In this document: piece by piece, positions 38,196 through 50,326 of the stretch | Layout of the letters: every line of letters starts with the position of its first letter | How positions within the stretch are numbered: the first letter of the stretch is position 1 | Source of the DNA: Hemiscyllium ocellatum | Taxonomy: Eukaryota | Reading direction: 5' to 3' | Length of the DNA stretch: 64,000 bases | NCBI RefSeq assembly: GCF_020745735.1 | Contig: NC_083420.1 | Coordinates: 46,381,931 to 46,445,930, forward strand | Notes under the pieces: model-generated | What the model was told of the DNA's origin: nothing | Database searches by the model: none | What the model saw: the letters and a program-made list of their open reading frames with translations, nothing else | Translations under genes and position numbers: made by a program

Positions 38196-39620
38196 TACAT
38201 GTGAATATATCTTGTGAATTCTACTTGTCTATCAATTGCCGCATGCCTTGAATGCTGTGGAAACTTTTACCATTGACAAAATTGAGACTTTTGAACAATA
38301 TTAAAGTATATGACAAACTTTTAAAATGCAACTTTTAGTTTGGTATTCTTGCTTCAAGTAGCTTTTTTCCAGGAGCCGTGGACTGTGTGGTGCCTCTGCT
38401 TTAAAAGATCACAAGTTAGATTTTGATCCTAGGTGACAAGCAATGCGTAATTGAGTATCCTGTTGTCAGGGCTACCTTCTGAGCAATGTCATATTACATG
38501 AAATAGAGATGTGAAATTCTTCAAAAGCAATTTAATAGATAGAGTGGGAGAAATATTGAAAATGGAGAACGACAAACATGCTGCTGTGTCCTTAAAAACA
38601 GTTCACTTGTTGATTTAGATGTTCTTCACAGCCTTAGCTTGGGACACCTTTTAGAGGTTTGAACGTCTTGTTAGTTATATCATGCATTTGGGGAATCAAA
38701 AGAGGTAGACTGACTAATCGAGTTGAGGTCACAATCAGACTAGCCAAGATCTTATCAATTGGGCAGAGCAGGGTCAAGAGTCAGATACCTAACTAAGGCG
38801 TAAGGCATAGTGGCAGTGGTAAGCAGTTCTAAAGTGAAAGCAAACTGTTGTTGTCAGGTTCTGGTGGAGGAACGTGAGGTCAAGGACTTCTCCAGAAGTC
38901 CTAAATTTCACCACTACAGAACAGCTAAAATTTTAAAAATATTTCTTTTGAAACTCATTGTAACTTTTCTCTTCATTGCTCTGTATAGCAAGCAAAGATA
39001 TTTGCAAACTGTGTTAACATTGAAAAGATCACCGTATCCTCCTGTACATCTTTGCCTGTGTCTTTCTTTCCTTTAGGCTTTTAGACTTGATGCTTGACAT
39101 CACTGGTGTTGATTTGCTCTACGTAAGTGGAAATTGTGTAATTAACGACATAATTAGGGATGGGAAACCTTTTTGAAATTCTTAGGTGTGTCTGTAAATA
39201 TGAAGAGGTTTTATTTTGTTTTGTTTTACCTTATCAACTTTCGCATCATAGAATCCCTACAGTGTGGAAGGAGGCCATTTGGCCCATTGAGTCTGCAGAA
39301 CATCCCACCCAGACCCAGCCACTCCCACCCTGTCTCTGTGATCCCACATTTTACCATGGCTAGCCTGCACATCCATGGACACAATAGGACACTTTAGCAT
39401 GGTTAATCCACCTAACCTGCACCATTTTTGGACTGTGGGAAGAAACTGAAACATTCGGTGAAAATCTATCTCTACACAGGGAGAACAAGCAAATTCCATA
39501 TAGTCACTCAAGGGTGGAATTGAGCCTGGGTCCCTAGCACTGAGAAGCAAAGTTTGTGAGAAGATTTGTAGCTCGGGTGCTCATTGTTGTGGTTCTGTTC
39601 GCCGAGCTGGGAGATTTTGT

Positions 39621-39661
39621 TGCAAACGTTTCGTCCCCTTTCTAGGTGACATCTTCAGTGC
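39621..39661 (-). ncRNA. Minimal hammerhead motif (PLE family C), left arm
   Basis: GCA-CTGAAGA-T-GTCACCT-AGAA-AGGGGAC-GAAAC-GTT-TGC, with AAACGTTT palindrome. Confidence 0.75.
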
Positions 39662-40649
39662 TTGGGAGCCTCCTGTGAAGCGCTTCTGTGCTGATTCCTC
39701 CGGCATTTATAGTGGTTTGTCTCTGGCGCTTCCGGTTGTCAGTTGCTGTCCGCTGCAGTGGCCAGTATATAGGGTCTAGGTCGACGTGTCTGTTGATAGA
39801 ATTTGTGGATGAGTGCTATGCCTCTAGGAATTCCCTGGCTGTTCTCTGTTTGGCTTGCCCTATAATCGTGGTGTTGTCCCAATCGAATTCATGTTGTTTG
39901 TCATCTGAGTGTATGGCTACTAAGGATAGCTGGTCGTGTCGTTTTGTGGCTAGTTGGTGTTCATGGATGCGGGTTGTTAGCTGTCTTGCTGTTTGTCCTA
40001 TGTAGTGTTTTGTGCAGTCCTTGCATGGGATTTTGTACACTACGTTGGTTTTGCTCATGCTGGGTATCGGGTCCTTTGTCCTGGTGAGTTGTCTGAGAGT
40101 GGCTGTTGGTTTGTGTGCTGTTATGAGTCCTGGTGATCGTAGCAGTCTGGCTGTCAGTCTGGCTGCTGCGACCACCAGGACTCATAACAGCACACAAACC
40201 AACAGCCATTCTCAGACAACAACTCACCAGGACAAAGGACCCGATACCCAGCATGAGCAAAACCAACATAGTGTACAAAATCCCATGCAAGGACTGCACA
40301 AAACACTACATAGGACAAACAGCAAGACAGCTAACAACCCGCATCCACGAACACCAACTAGCCACAAAACGACACGACCAGCTATCCTTAGTAGCCATAC
40401 ACTCAGATGACAAACAACATGAATTCGATTGGGACAACACCACTATTATAGGGCAAGCCAAACAGAGAACAGCCAGGGAATTCCTAGAGGCATAGCACTC
40501 ATCCACAAATTCTATCAACAGACACGTCGACCTAGACACTATATACCGGCCACTGCAGCGGACAGCAACTGACAACCGGAAGCGGCAGAGACAAACCAGT
40601 GTAAATGCCAGAGGAATCAGCACAGAAGCGCTTCACAGGAGGCTCCCAA

Positions 40650-40689
40650 GTACTGAGGATGTCACCTAGAAAGGGGACGAAACGTTTGC
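40650..40689 (+). ncRNA. Minimal hammerhead motif (PLE family C), right arm
   Basis: GTA-CTGAGGA-T-GTCACCT-AGAA-AGGGGAC-GAAAC-GTT-TGC. Confidence 0.75.
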
Positions 40690-41493
40690 AACAAAAACTC
40701 CCAGGTCGGCGAACAGAACCACAACACTGAGAAGCAAAATTACTAACCACTGAGCAACTGTGCTGCCCCATTTTATTTTATTTTTTGTATTGTAGACAGC
40801 ATATTTGTGTCATGTGTCTTTTCTTCCTGCAAGTTTAAATATCTTATTGTGTTCAAATATTGAACCTTGTGATGGAGAATCAATAGTGGCAGTTTTCTAA
40901 TACTGATGTTTAGTGGTTGTCATTATGACTAGAAAATAAACTGCAGTTTGGATAATTTAAGGTTTCAAAATCAAACTTAATCTCTCAAACCTACCTTAAA
41001 TCTCAAAGTAGTCATGATTCTGGACCAGCAAATCTCTGAGCCACATTTTATCTGTGTAAAAAGTATTTTCAATTTTGCGGTGATTTAAAAACCTTCAGGA
41101 TGTTTCAAAGCACTTTGCTGCAGTGGAAGAAAGTTATTGCTCCAATGTAGGAAACATGGATGTAATTTGGATGCTGCGAAGCCCCACAAAAGATGTGTGA
41201 TCAATGAATAGGTCTTATAAATCATTGCCCTTTTGTTTTTGAGTGCAAATGATTATTACTCTTTTTTAAAAAAAGGCATTGAACCTGAATTTAGGTTGTC
41301 AGAACTGTCATGTCATATTTTACTGTCCTTTTTTTAAGTTAAAGCTTGGAGGGAATGATGAATTGATGTAAAATTGAAATGCAATTACTTCTCTGATAAT
41401 CCAGTCACCATAGAGATATAAGGTTGTTGGAAGTCTTGCCTCACCATGTCCCAATTTGCATATTTCTGATATTTTACCATCTGTCCTCTGCAG

Positions 41494-42010
41494 GGGGCCA
41501 CTGAATTCAACAGACTGCTATATTGTCCGTGAAATCTACAATGGGGAGAATGCACAGGAACAATTTGAATATGAGCTGGAGCAAGCCTTGGAGACCCAAT
41601 ACAAGTATATTATTATCGAGCCAACTCGAATTGGAGATGAGACAGCACGTTGGATCACAGTTGGGAATTGCTTGCATAAAACATCCGTCATTGCAGGATC
41701 AGTGTGCCTGTTAGCCCCTTTAGCACTGGCTCCAGAATATGCTCGTTACATAACCCTTCCTATCGGGGCCGTCAGTGTGGCCTGTGCAGCTCTGTATGGT
41801 ATTTCATGGCAATTTGATCCTTGCTGCAAATACCAAGTGGAATATGACACATGTAAACTCTCCCGATTACCCCTGAACACACTCACTTCATCCACGCCCG
41901 TGGTTCTGATTAGAAAAGATGATATTCACCGGAAAAGACTCCACAACACGATAGCATTGGCAGCCTTGATGTACTGTGTTAAGAAAATTTGTGAGATCTG
42001 TGCAGTATGA
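41494..42010 (+). CDS. TMEM11: TMEM11 coding exon 2
   Basis: Acceptor ctctgcag|G, then TDCYIVREIYNGENAQEQFEYELEQALE..WQFDPCCKYQVEYD..RKRLHNTIA. The spliced product is 187 aa. Confidence 0.97.
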
Positions 42011-43544
42011 TTGGGACAAATGGTGCTGTTATAATCTACCTAATAGTACTGTTAATATGACAAATGTGGTCAGTGAAGACTACAGGAACAAGGTCCCAAA
42101 TAGATTTTTAGAAGTATCTCCCCTTGTACACTGTGGTTTCCAGTCCACATTTTAGTTTTGCCAATCCCCATGACCTTGAATCACTCTAAAAGACCGTAGT
42201 GTAGACCTGACATTTGAGAATTCAATATATGCAGAGCTACTGAGTTGTTTCAGGTGATGAACAGGCAAATGACTCTGTTACCTTCATATTCTGCAAATTT
42301 CTACAAAAAAGGTATTATGTGGCTTTTGAGTTCTCCTATTTTACAGTACAGAAAGAATTCCCACAAGGGTCCTAAGTATATATACAGAGTTGAACACTTA
42401 TATTTTTAAAATTTAAGTGATAGCTTTGGTAGGTCTTGCCAATTGATATTAATGTAATTCAGAAACATTGCTGCATGTGTATTATAAAATGTGATCTTCA
42501 CATTTGTTTCCTGTGCTAGGCTGCAGCATTTGAGATGAAATAATTTAACCTGACATTCAGTTATTACTTTAATGGTGCAACTGTAGCAAGTTAGTTCCAA
42601 TTGAAATTGTTACATTAAAGACAGAAAATGAAATTCACTTGCAAAACATAAAGTTAGTGTGTCTGGATTTAATGTGCGATGACTCCATCATTTGTTTCTT
42701 TTTAACATGTGGGTTACCACAATGTAGTCATGAATGCTGAAGTTTTAAAGACTGGTGAGGGAGGTACAGCACCTAAATGCTGATCAGTAAGATTTAAATT
42801 TTGTCAACAGCTCAGGTTTGTCCCCAATGGTTTATCATGAAGAAAAGTCTGAGCTTTGTTCTACCACTTTTCCTCACTGCTGCTGTAAGAAATAAACAAT
42901 TGAATTGGAGTTGGAATCTGTGAAAATGTTTTGATGTGGTGAAACAGTTTGAATTCCAAACAAAATCTGAAAAAGTTTTGAAATTAGAATTTGTCTTCTT
43001 ATGCATTCGAATCTGGTTCTCGTTTCCCTGCAACCAAGCTGTTGCTATAATATGAAGACATTTTTAAAAATTTGATAATAAAAGGGACCATTTTCGGATG
43101 TAGTCACAATGTCACCAAGGTGTCTCATTTTAATTTTGGTGACATTTCCATCCCAACACATGGGTCAGTCCTTTTACTGCATGTTTTTTGAGTATTTTGT
43201 TTTCATTCCTCCCAGTAATATTTCATTGGAAGCGACATAAAGTTCTGAAAGGACAATATAGAGGATTGGACAGACCCAAATTGTGGGTTCCGGTTGTACT
43301 TTAGGATTACAATGCAATATAAGAAAGAATTGCATTTATTTTCCTTAGCTTGTGTAATTGAACTGGTATTTATACAATGCATTGATGAACTTTGTGTGTA
43401 CAATGGGATGATGGTATGTGTCTGATTAAACATGACGCACTTCAGGCAGATAGTGTTGGGCATATTATGCAAATTATATTTTATAGAAGTAACTTTTTTG
43501 AAAACTTTATAGATTTGTGTATCTTGGATCTTCTTAGACAATCC

Positions 43545-43550
43545 AATAAA
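43545..43550 (+). terminator. Candidate TMEM11 poly(A) signal
   Basis: AATAAA followed by a GT-rich stretch, about 1.5 kb after the stop codon. Confidence 0.45.
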
Positions 43551-45139
43551 GATTAAGAAGAATTGGTATTGGAATTGCTAAATGACATTACAATGACTTA
43601 GTTAACTTTATCCAACAGATGGTGACGTTTATGCTTTTGAATGTGAAATTATATGCAACTCTATACCCTGAGCTACTGATATACTTGATGTTGGCTGACA
43701 CTAAAATTTTTGATAAATACCTTTTTATACCGGAAATTAACAAATGCTGAGCAGTCACTTTACTTATTGCTTGGTGTGTGTTTTCCCAGCAAAGAAGTTA
43801 ATATTTTCTGAAGTGTTTGCCAAGTACAATCTGATATTGATGCCACTGAATCCATTGATATGACAAAATTAAAAGTTTTTTTTCTATATTTAGACACATT
43901 GAGTGACATGAAAGAAGGGCATTCTGCAAAATTATCACTAAATTTTGGCCATTGTATCTATATTGCTAATGGTCAGCCTCGGCATTTGTGACATTCATTC
44001 TCGTCCTATTTCCCCCTTGCTCTCATTTTTGCTTCTCCCTTTTTTCATGCCATTCTTACTTTGTACCCTCTCTCCAGGAAAATTGATTTGTATGGCATAT
44101 TTCAATATTGAAAGGATCACGTCCCATTCTTTACACACACCCCCAGGTGAGGTGAACAATAGTGCTTTTCCAAGACTGATTTTCATCACCAGTACTAAAA
44201 GTAAAATGAAGGCAAGAGATAACAGAAATTATCTTTATGCCAATCAGTGAATTTACTTCATTTACTTGAGTCATTTATGTCATTTTCTTGGTAAGTTCTT
44301 CTTTGCATATACCCCTTTACACCCTCGCCTCTGAGTCATAGCAACTTATTCACCAGGAGCCAGTATTATTTCAATTACTGCCTTAATTAATATTTGAAAT
44401 GTTCAACATTTTCTAAACAATACACCATTGTCGTCTTTTAGACTTAATATGCTAAGTGCACATTCAATATTTGTAAGGCAGTGGAAGCAAATTATGCAGC
44501 TGCCAATGTAGTAATATATACACCTAACTGTAATATTCCAAGTTTAACAATTGTACTATTAAAATTTGGAACCGCGGGCTAAAGGACAATGTATGTTGAG
44601 GTTTTCTGTATCCTGTTGATTTGCCAGTGTTCCCATCAGTTTTCCCATAAATACTTTAATACGCTGGCTCACTTTTTGACAAAATAGTTTTCCACAATAC
44701 ATTCTGTGAGCAACACAGTATATTTTTAAAATTGGTTGCTCATTCAAGGGGCCAGTGTCTTTTTCAAAAGACCTTTGACTATGTCTGTTTTATTACAAAA
44801 GGGCACAATGACATGAAATGCATTGAAGTAAAAAATTGCATAATGTCTATGCCTTGAGGTGAAAATAATATGTGGTTGCTGTGACTGCACCACTCCCCAG
44901 CCAAGAAATTGAAGAGATGATTGTGCCCCCTAGACAGTTTCAGTATTCTTTCTCATGTTTTGAAATGTTTCTACTTTGCTATTCTGTTAAAGTCTCTGCA
45001 TCTGCCAAATTAGCTTACCTAGGTTTGTTAAAGTATTGCATTTCTTAGTGTTAAATTGTTTGAGCTGCATACTATAAATAAACACATTAGTGAGCAAATC
45101 AAACCTGTTTCTCCTTATAGAAGGTAAATTTGTTTTTAT

Positions 45140-46776
45140 AGTTATAGAGATGTACAGCACAGAAACAGACCCTTCGGTTCAACTCGTCCATGCCAACCGG
45201 ATATCCTAAATTAATCTAGTCCCGTTTGTCAGCAGTTGGCCCATATCCCTTCTGAACCCTTCCTATTCATATACTCATCCAAATACCTTTTAAATGCTCT
45301 AATTGTACCAGCCACCACCATTTCCTCTGCCAGTTCATTCCATACACTCACCACCCTCTGTGTGAAAAGGTTGCCCCTTAGGTCTTTTTAAATGTTTCCC
45401 CTCTCACTCTAAAACTATGCCATCTAGTTCTGGACTCCCCCACCCTAGGGTAAAGACCTTGATTATTTACCCTATCCATGCTCCTCGTGATTTTATAAAC
45501 TTCAGTAAGGTCACCCCTCAACCTCCAATGCTCCAGTGAAAACAGCCTCCGTCTATTCGGCTGCCCCCTTTAGCTCAAACCCTCCAATCCTGGCAACATC
45601 CTTCTAAATCTTGTCTGAGCCCTTTCAAGTTTCACATATTTCTGATAGGAGGGAGACCAGAATTGCATGCAATATTCCAACAGTCTTGTCCAGCCGCACA
45701 TGACTTCCCAACTCCTAGACTAATAAAGGAAACCAATAAAGAAATGCCGCCTTCACTATCCTATCTACCTGTGACTCCACTGTCAAGGAGCTAAGAACTT
45801 GCACTCAAAGATCTCTTTGTTCATCAACACTCCCCAGGACCTAACCATTAACTGGAGAAGTCTGATTTTGGCTTTCCAAAATGCAGTACATCATGTTTAT
45901 AAAAATTAAACTCCATCTGCAACTCCTTGGCCCATCTCATCAACATCCCATTGTAATCTGAGGTAACCTCTTTGGCTGTCCACTACACCTCCAATTTTGG
46001 TGTCATCTGCAAATTTACTAACTATACCTCCTATGTTCACATCCAAATCATTTGTATAAATGACAAAAAGTAGTGGACCCAGCACTGATCCTTATGGCAC
46101 ACCACTGGTCACAGGCCTCCAGTCTGAAAGGCAACCCTCCACCACCATCCTCTGTCTTCTACCTTTGAGCCAGTTCTGTATCTAAATGGCTAGTTCTCCC
46201 TGTATTCCATGTGATCTAACCTTGCTAACCAGTCTACCATGTCGAATACCTTACTGAAGTCCATATAGATCATGTCCATCACTCTTCCCTTGTCAGTCTT
46301 CTTCCTTACTACTTCAAAAACTCAAATTTATGAGACATGATTTCCCACGCACAGTCATGTTGACTATTCTTAATCAGTCCTTGCCTTTACAAATATGTGT
46401 AAATCCTGTTCCTCGGGATTCCCTCCAGTAACTTGCCCACCACCGATGTCGGGCCCACTGGTCTATATTTCCCTGGTTTTTCCTTACCATCCTTCTCAAA
46501 TAGTGGCACCACATTACCCAACCTCTAGTCATCCGGCATCTCACCTGGGACTATCATTGATACAAATATCTCAGCAAGGGGCCCGGCAACCACTTTCCCA
46601 GATTCCCACAGAGTTGTAGAGTACATCTGATCCGGTCCTGGGGATTTATCCACCTTCGTGTGTTTTAAGACATCCAACATCACAGCCTTCTGTAATATGT
46701 CACCATCTATTTCCCCACATTCTCAATCTTCTATGTTCTCCACAGTAAACACTGATGCAAAATACTCATTTAGTAT
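45140..46776 (-). mobile_element. CR1 LINE (HER1-like), 5'-truncated
   Basis: Collinear with the copy at 1296-3690, including GGTGTCATCTGCAAAT (FADDT on the minus strand). Confidence 0.9.
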
Positions 46777-48485
46777 AGGTGTATATAGCTGTGGCAGCAG
46801 GAAGTAAATGCAATATTTCCATATTCCGTTAAGTTATTCACCAGTTCTTTAAATTAATAGCTTTTTCCCGAACACAAGGCCAACAGAAAGTCCATTAATG
46901 CAGAGGACTGTTGAATGAACTTCAAGATTTTTGGGGAGGGGAGGGGTATGAAATCGGGAGATAACCGGGTGAAGATTGGACATGTGCAGTGATTTAGTTG
47001 GAATTCCCGACAATCAGGGACTTTGGTTCACTTGCAATAGAACAATCTGTCAGGGATTTGTGAAAGTGAAAACAAAGTATTCTATAGAATTAATGATTGT
47101 TATCTTTTGTCTATATAGGATGAATGAATATGCTAGATTGCTACAAAATCCTTTTGAAAATTTAACAAGTATTCTTGAAGTTTCAAGTTTGTAGATAATT
47201 ATGGTTAAATGGTTGTGAGATATGTGCATAGATTGAGATAGATTAATGGTAAACTGCTGCAAAATTCAACTGAGGGTTATCCATTTTTCTTCCCTCATTA
47301 AGAATGAAGTGTATCAGATTTTTAACTTTTTATTCTGTCTTTGTTTTGGAATGTGAGCATGGCTTGCCCTGTGCCACCTTTATCGATATGCCTTATGCTG
47401 ACAACAATCTCTAAATCCCAAACCAACTGGGCTTGTGGCAAATCTGAGTAACATTGCCAATTTGCGCTCTATTTTATACTGAGAGTTCGCTTCCAAATGT
47501 GTTTAAATAGAGAATCAGCTTTTTGATCGAGACACTTCTAACCAGTTTGGTTTGGAATTTACTCTCTGCTTATCACTTGACAACTTGGCAATCACTGCTA
47601 ATTTTCAGCAATGTTTCTTTCTTGGGCCAAATAAACTTTTTTCTTGTATCTATCCCCTTGACATGGATAAATTTTATAGCAGTACGTTACTGCAATGTCC
47701 TTCAGTGAGGTCTTTGTGCAGCTTGCTATTTCACATTGGTGGATGATGGTCAGCTGGTATTTAGCAGTAACTCAGCTGGAAATGCCCACTTTAAGACGCA
47801 CACACAGAGTCACTTTTTGCTTGCTGAGCTTTGTAGTGCTGGCTTAAAAAGTTTCACATTCTTGAGTGGACTGCTCAAGTGGTATTCAGGAATGGTATGT
47901 AAAGTCAACTACAGTTTCGCTATTGCTGAAAAGTAATTTTACTTGTCTTGATCTGAGCATTCAAAGAAATCACTCCGTGGAATGCCTCTTGTATTGCCAG
48001 GAACTGATGCACCTTCCTTGTTATATTGCTTTTGTTTAAATCCCGGTATACTTTTTAAAAAATGGAGCAATTTTCAATTTTTCTTTTTTTTTTCAAAACC
48101 TGTCCACAAGGTGGTAACTGGTTGTTGTTAGAATTGCAAATTTGACAAATGCACTCTGGCTGAAACGAGACAGTAATGCCACTGGGTAAGGGAGTAACCA
48201 CATCAAACCAGCTTCTTATCATGTCATCCACATGCATATACTGAATTGCTATTATTCTTTATCAGGAGTGGGAGTATGAATGTACCACGTCTTCTCATCC
48301 ACCACCACCCCAACTACAAAGGCTGCTACTGCTCTTCTGGTCGAGATAGATCAGTTTAGCACAGGACTGGTACAAGGATAAAATGAAACAATTCAGCAAA
48401 TCACTGGGTTCGCTCATTGTGCTATTGAGGCCTTAATTCATGTAATACATGACAAAGCTCTTTTTGAGATGGAGATGTGTTATTT

Positions 48486-48810
48486 CATAGAATCCCTACA
48501 GTGTGGAAACAGGCCCTTTGGCCCAACAAGTTCACACTGACCCTCTGAAGAGTATCTCACTCAACCCCTATTTTCCTGCATTTACCCCTGACTAATACAC
48601 CTAACTATACCTGAACACTATGGGCAATTTAGCATTACTAATTCACCTAACCTAGACATCTTTGGATTGTGGGAGGAAACAGGAGTACCAGAGGAAACCC
48701 GCACAGATACTGGGAGAATGTGCAAACTCCACAGAGTTGCTAGAATTTGGAATTGAACCTGGGTCCCTGATGTTTTGAGCAGCAGTTCTAACCACTGAGC
48801 CACCATGCCA
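48486..48810 (-). mobile_element. HE1-like V-SINE
   Basis: Reverse complement of the SINE consensus (GTGTGGAAACAGGCCC..TGCAAACTCCACA..TAACCACTGAGCCACC). Confidence 0.88.
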
Positions 48811-49464
48811 CTTTGGTTATTTTAGCCATTATATTCAAAAACATTATGGAATTTCTTGAGTTTAAATGTAATTCATAACAGAAAAGAATGAAAATATAAC
48901 TTTTTGATAAGACAGTATTGATTTAGTAGTAACTTCAATATGTGAAGAGAGGAAGCCCATTCTTCAGTGCAAGTGAGTTGTCTATTCAAGCATCTGATGC
49001 TAGCTGCGCATATCGTAAAACAGGAGCTGTCTTTCCACAGCAGTTCAACTCTAATCAGTTTGATTCATTGCAGCCCTTTCTCTCTTTTCTATATGATTGG
49101 TAAAACAGTACTTTCTAAACAGTGGGCACTAGAGTTTTTTGGGGAGGAGATGTACAATACTGAGTTCTTGCAAGATTCTCAATGTTTTTGTTGTCAGAAT
49201 CTGTACTTGAAGGCAAAGTTTTCCTTGTGTTGAACGATAGATACATGCTTGATTCAATCTTTTATCTGCTGGGTTTCCAAGGCATAAGAGGGGCAGTTAG
49301 CATAAATAATTGCTTGGCAGTACAGAACTAAACATTACTGAAAAGAGACAAGAGCTTGAAGCTTCTGCATTCTATATAAAATGGTATCCCTTTGTTCAAA
49401 TCTTTGCTCTGATGAGTGGAAGATTAAAAGTTTCACCTCTAATCTCTTTTTAACAAAGTTTACT

Positions 49465-49955
49465 GTTGCATACAGTTCTGGTCACAACATTATCGGAAGG
49501 ATGTGGAAGCTCTGGAAAGGGTTCAGAGGAGATTTACTAAGATGTTGCCCGAATGGAGAGAAGGTCTTTATGAGGAAAGGCTGAGGGACTTGAGGCTGTT
49601 TTCGTTAGAAGGCAGAGAGGTGACTTAACTGAGACATATAATCAGAGGGTTAGAAAAGGTGGACAGTGAGAGCCTTTGTCCTGGAATTGTGATGGTTCTC
49701 ACAAGGGAATATAACTTCGAATTGAAGACTGATAGATGTAGGAAAGATGCCAGAGGTAGTTTCTTTACTCAGTAGTAGGGGCATAGAATGCTCTGCCTGC
49801 AAGGTAGTAGACTCGACAACTTTAAGGGCATTTAAATGAATAAACATATGAAAATGGATAGTGTAGTTTAGAGGGGCTTCAGATCTGTTTCACAGGTTGG
49901 GCCTGTGAACATCGAGGGCCGAAGGGCTTGTACTGCACTGTAATGTTCCATGTTT
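49465..49955 (+). mobile_element. CR1 LINE 3' fragment (second subfamily)
   Basis: Homologous to 59041-59927 in the opposite orientation; tail GAGGGCCGAAGGGCTTGTACTGCACTGTAATGTTC. Confidence 0.8.
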
Positions 49956-50018
49956 AACAACAGCTTTGAAAAAAGCATTTTAAGACCGGCAGCCTTAAGA
50001 CAACCTTAAATAGTTTAA

Positions 50019-50326
50019 GCGGCATGGTGGCTCAGTGATTAGCACTGCTGCCTCACAGCTCCAGGTTCGATTCCAGCCTCTGGCAACTAGCTGTGTGGAG
50101 TTTGCACATTCTCCCTGTATCTGCGTGGTTTCCTCCAGGTGCTCCGATTTCCTCCCACAGTCACAAAGATGTGCAGGTTACATGAATTGATCATGTTAAA
50201 CTGCCTGTACAGTTAGGTGCATTAGTTAGGGGGAGTGGGTCTGGGTTGGTTGCTCTTCAGAAGGTCGGTGCGGACTAGTTGGGCTGAAGGACCTGTTTCC
50301 ACACTGTAGGAAATCTAATCTAATCT
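50019..50326 (+). mobile_element. HE1-like V-SINE
   Basis: A box, B box GGTTCGATTCC, V-domain and (ATCTA)n. Confidence 0.88.

Larger units (their letters stand above)
39552..40724. mobile_element. Penelope-like element family C (Poseidon-type), near-perfect fold-back
   Basis: Both arms encode KTNVVYKIPCKDCTKHYIGQTAR..RIHEHQ..H..FDWD..REFLEA. 14-bp TSD CACTGAGAAGCAAA (39538-39551, 40725-40738), and an unpaired 33-nt tail at 39552-39584. Confidence 0.95.
39246..40768 (-). mobile_element. HE1-like SINE split by a Penelope insertion
   Basis: SINE body at 39246-39551 and its 5' tRNA-like head at 40725-40768. Confidence 0.85.

Noticed and set aside
41355-41397. C/D snoRNA-like boxes ATGATGA..CTGA in the TMEM11 intron
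   Set aside because: The span is only about 43 nt, the terminal stem is weak and there is no recognisable guide.
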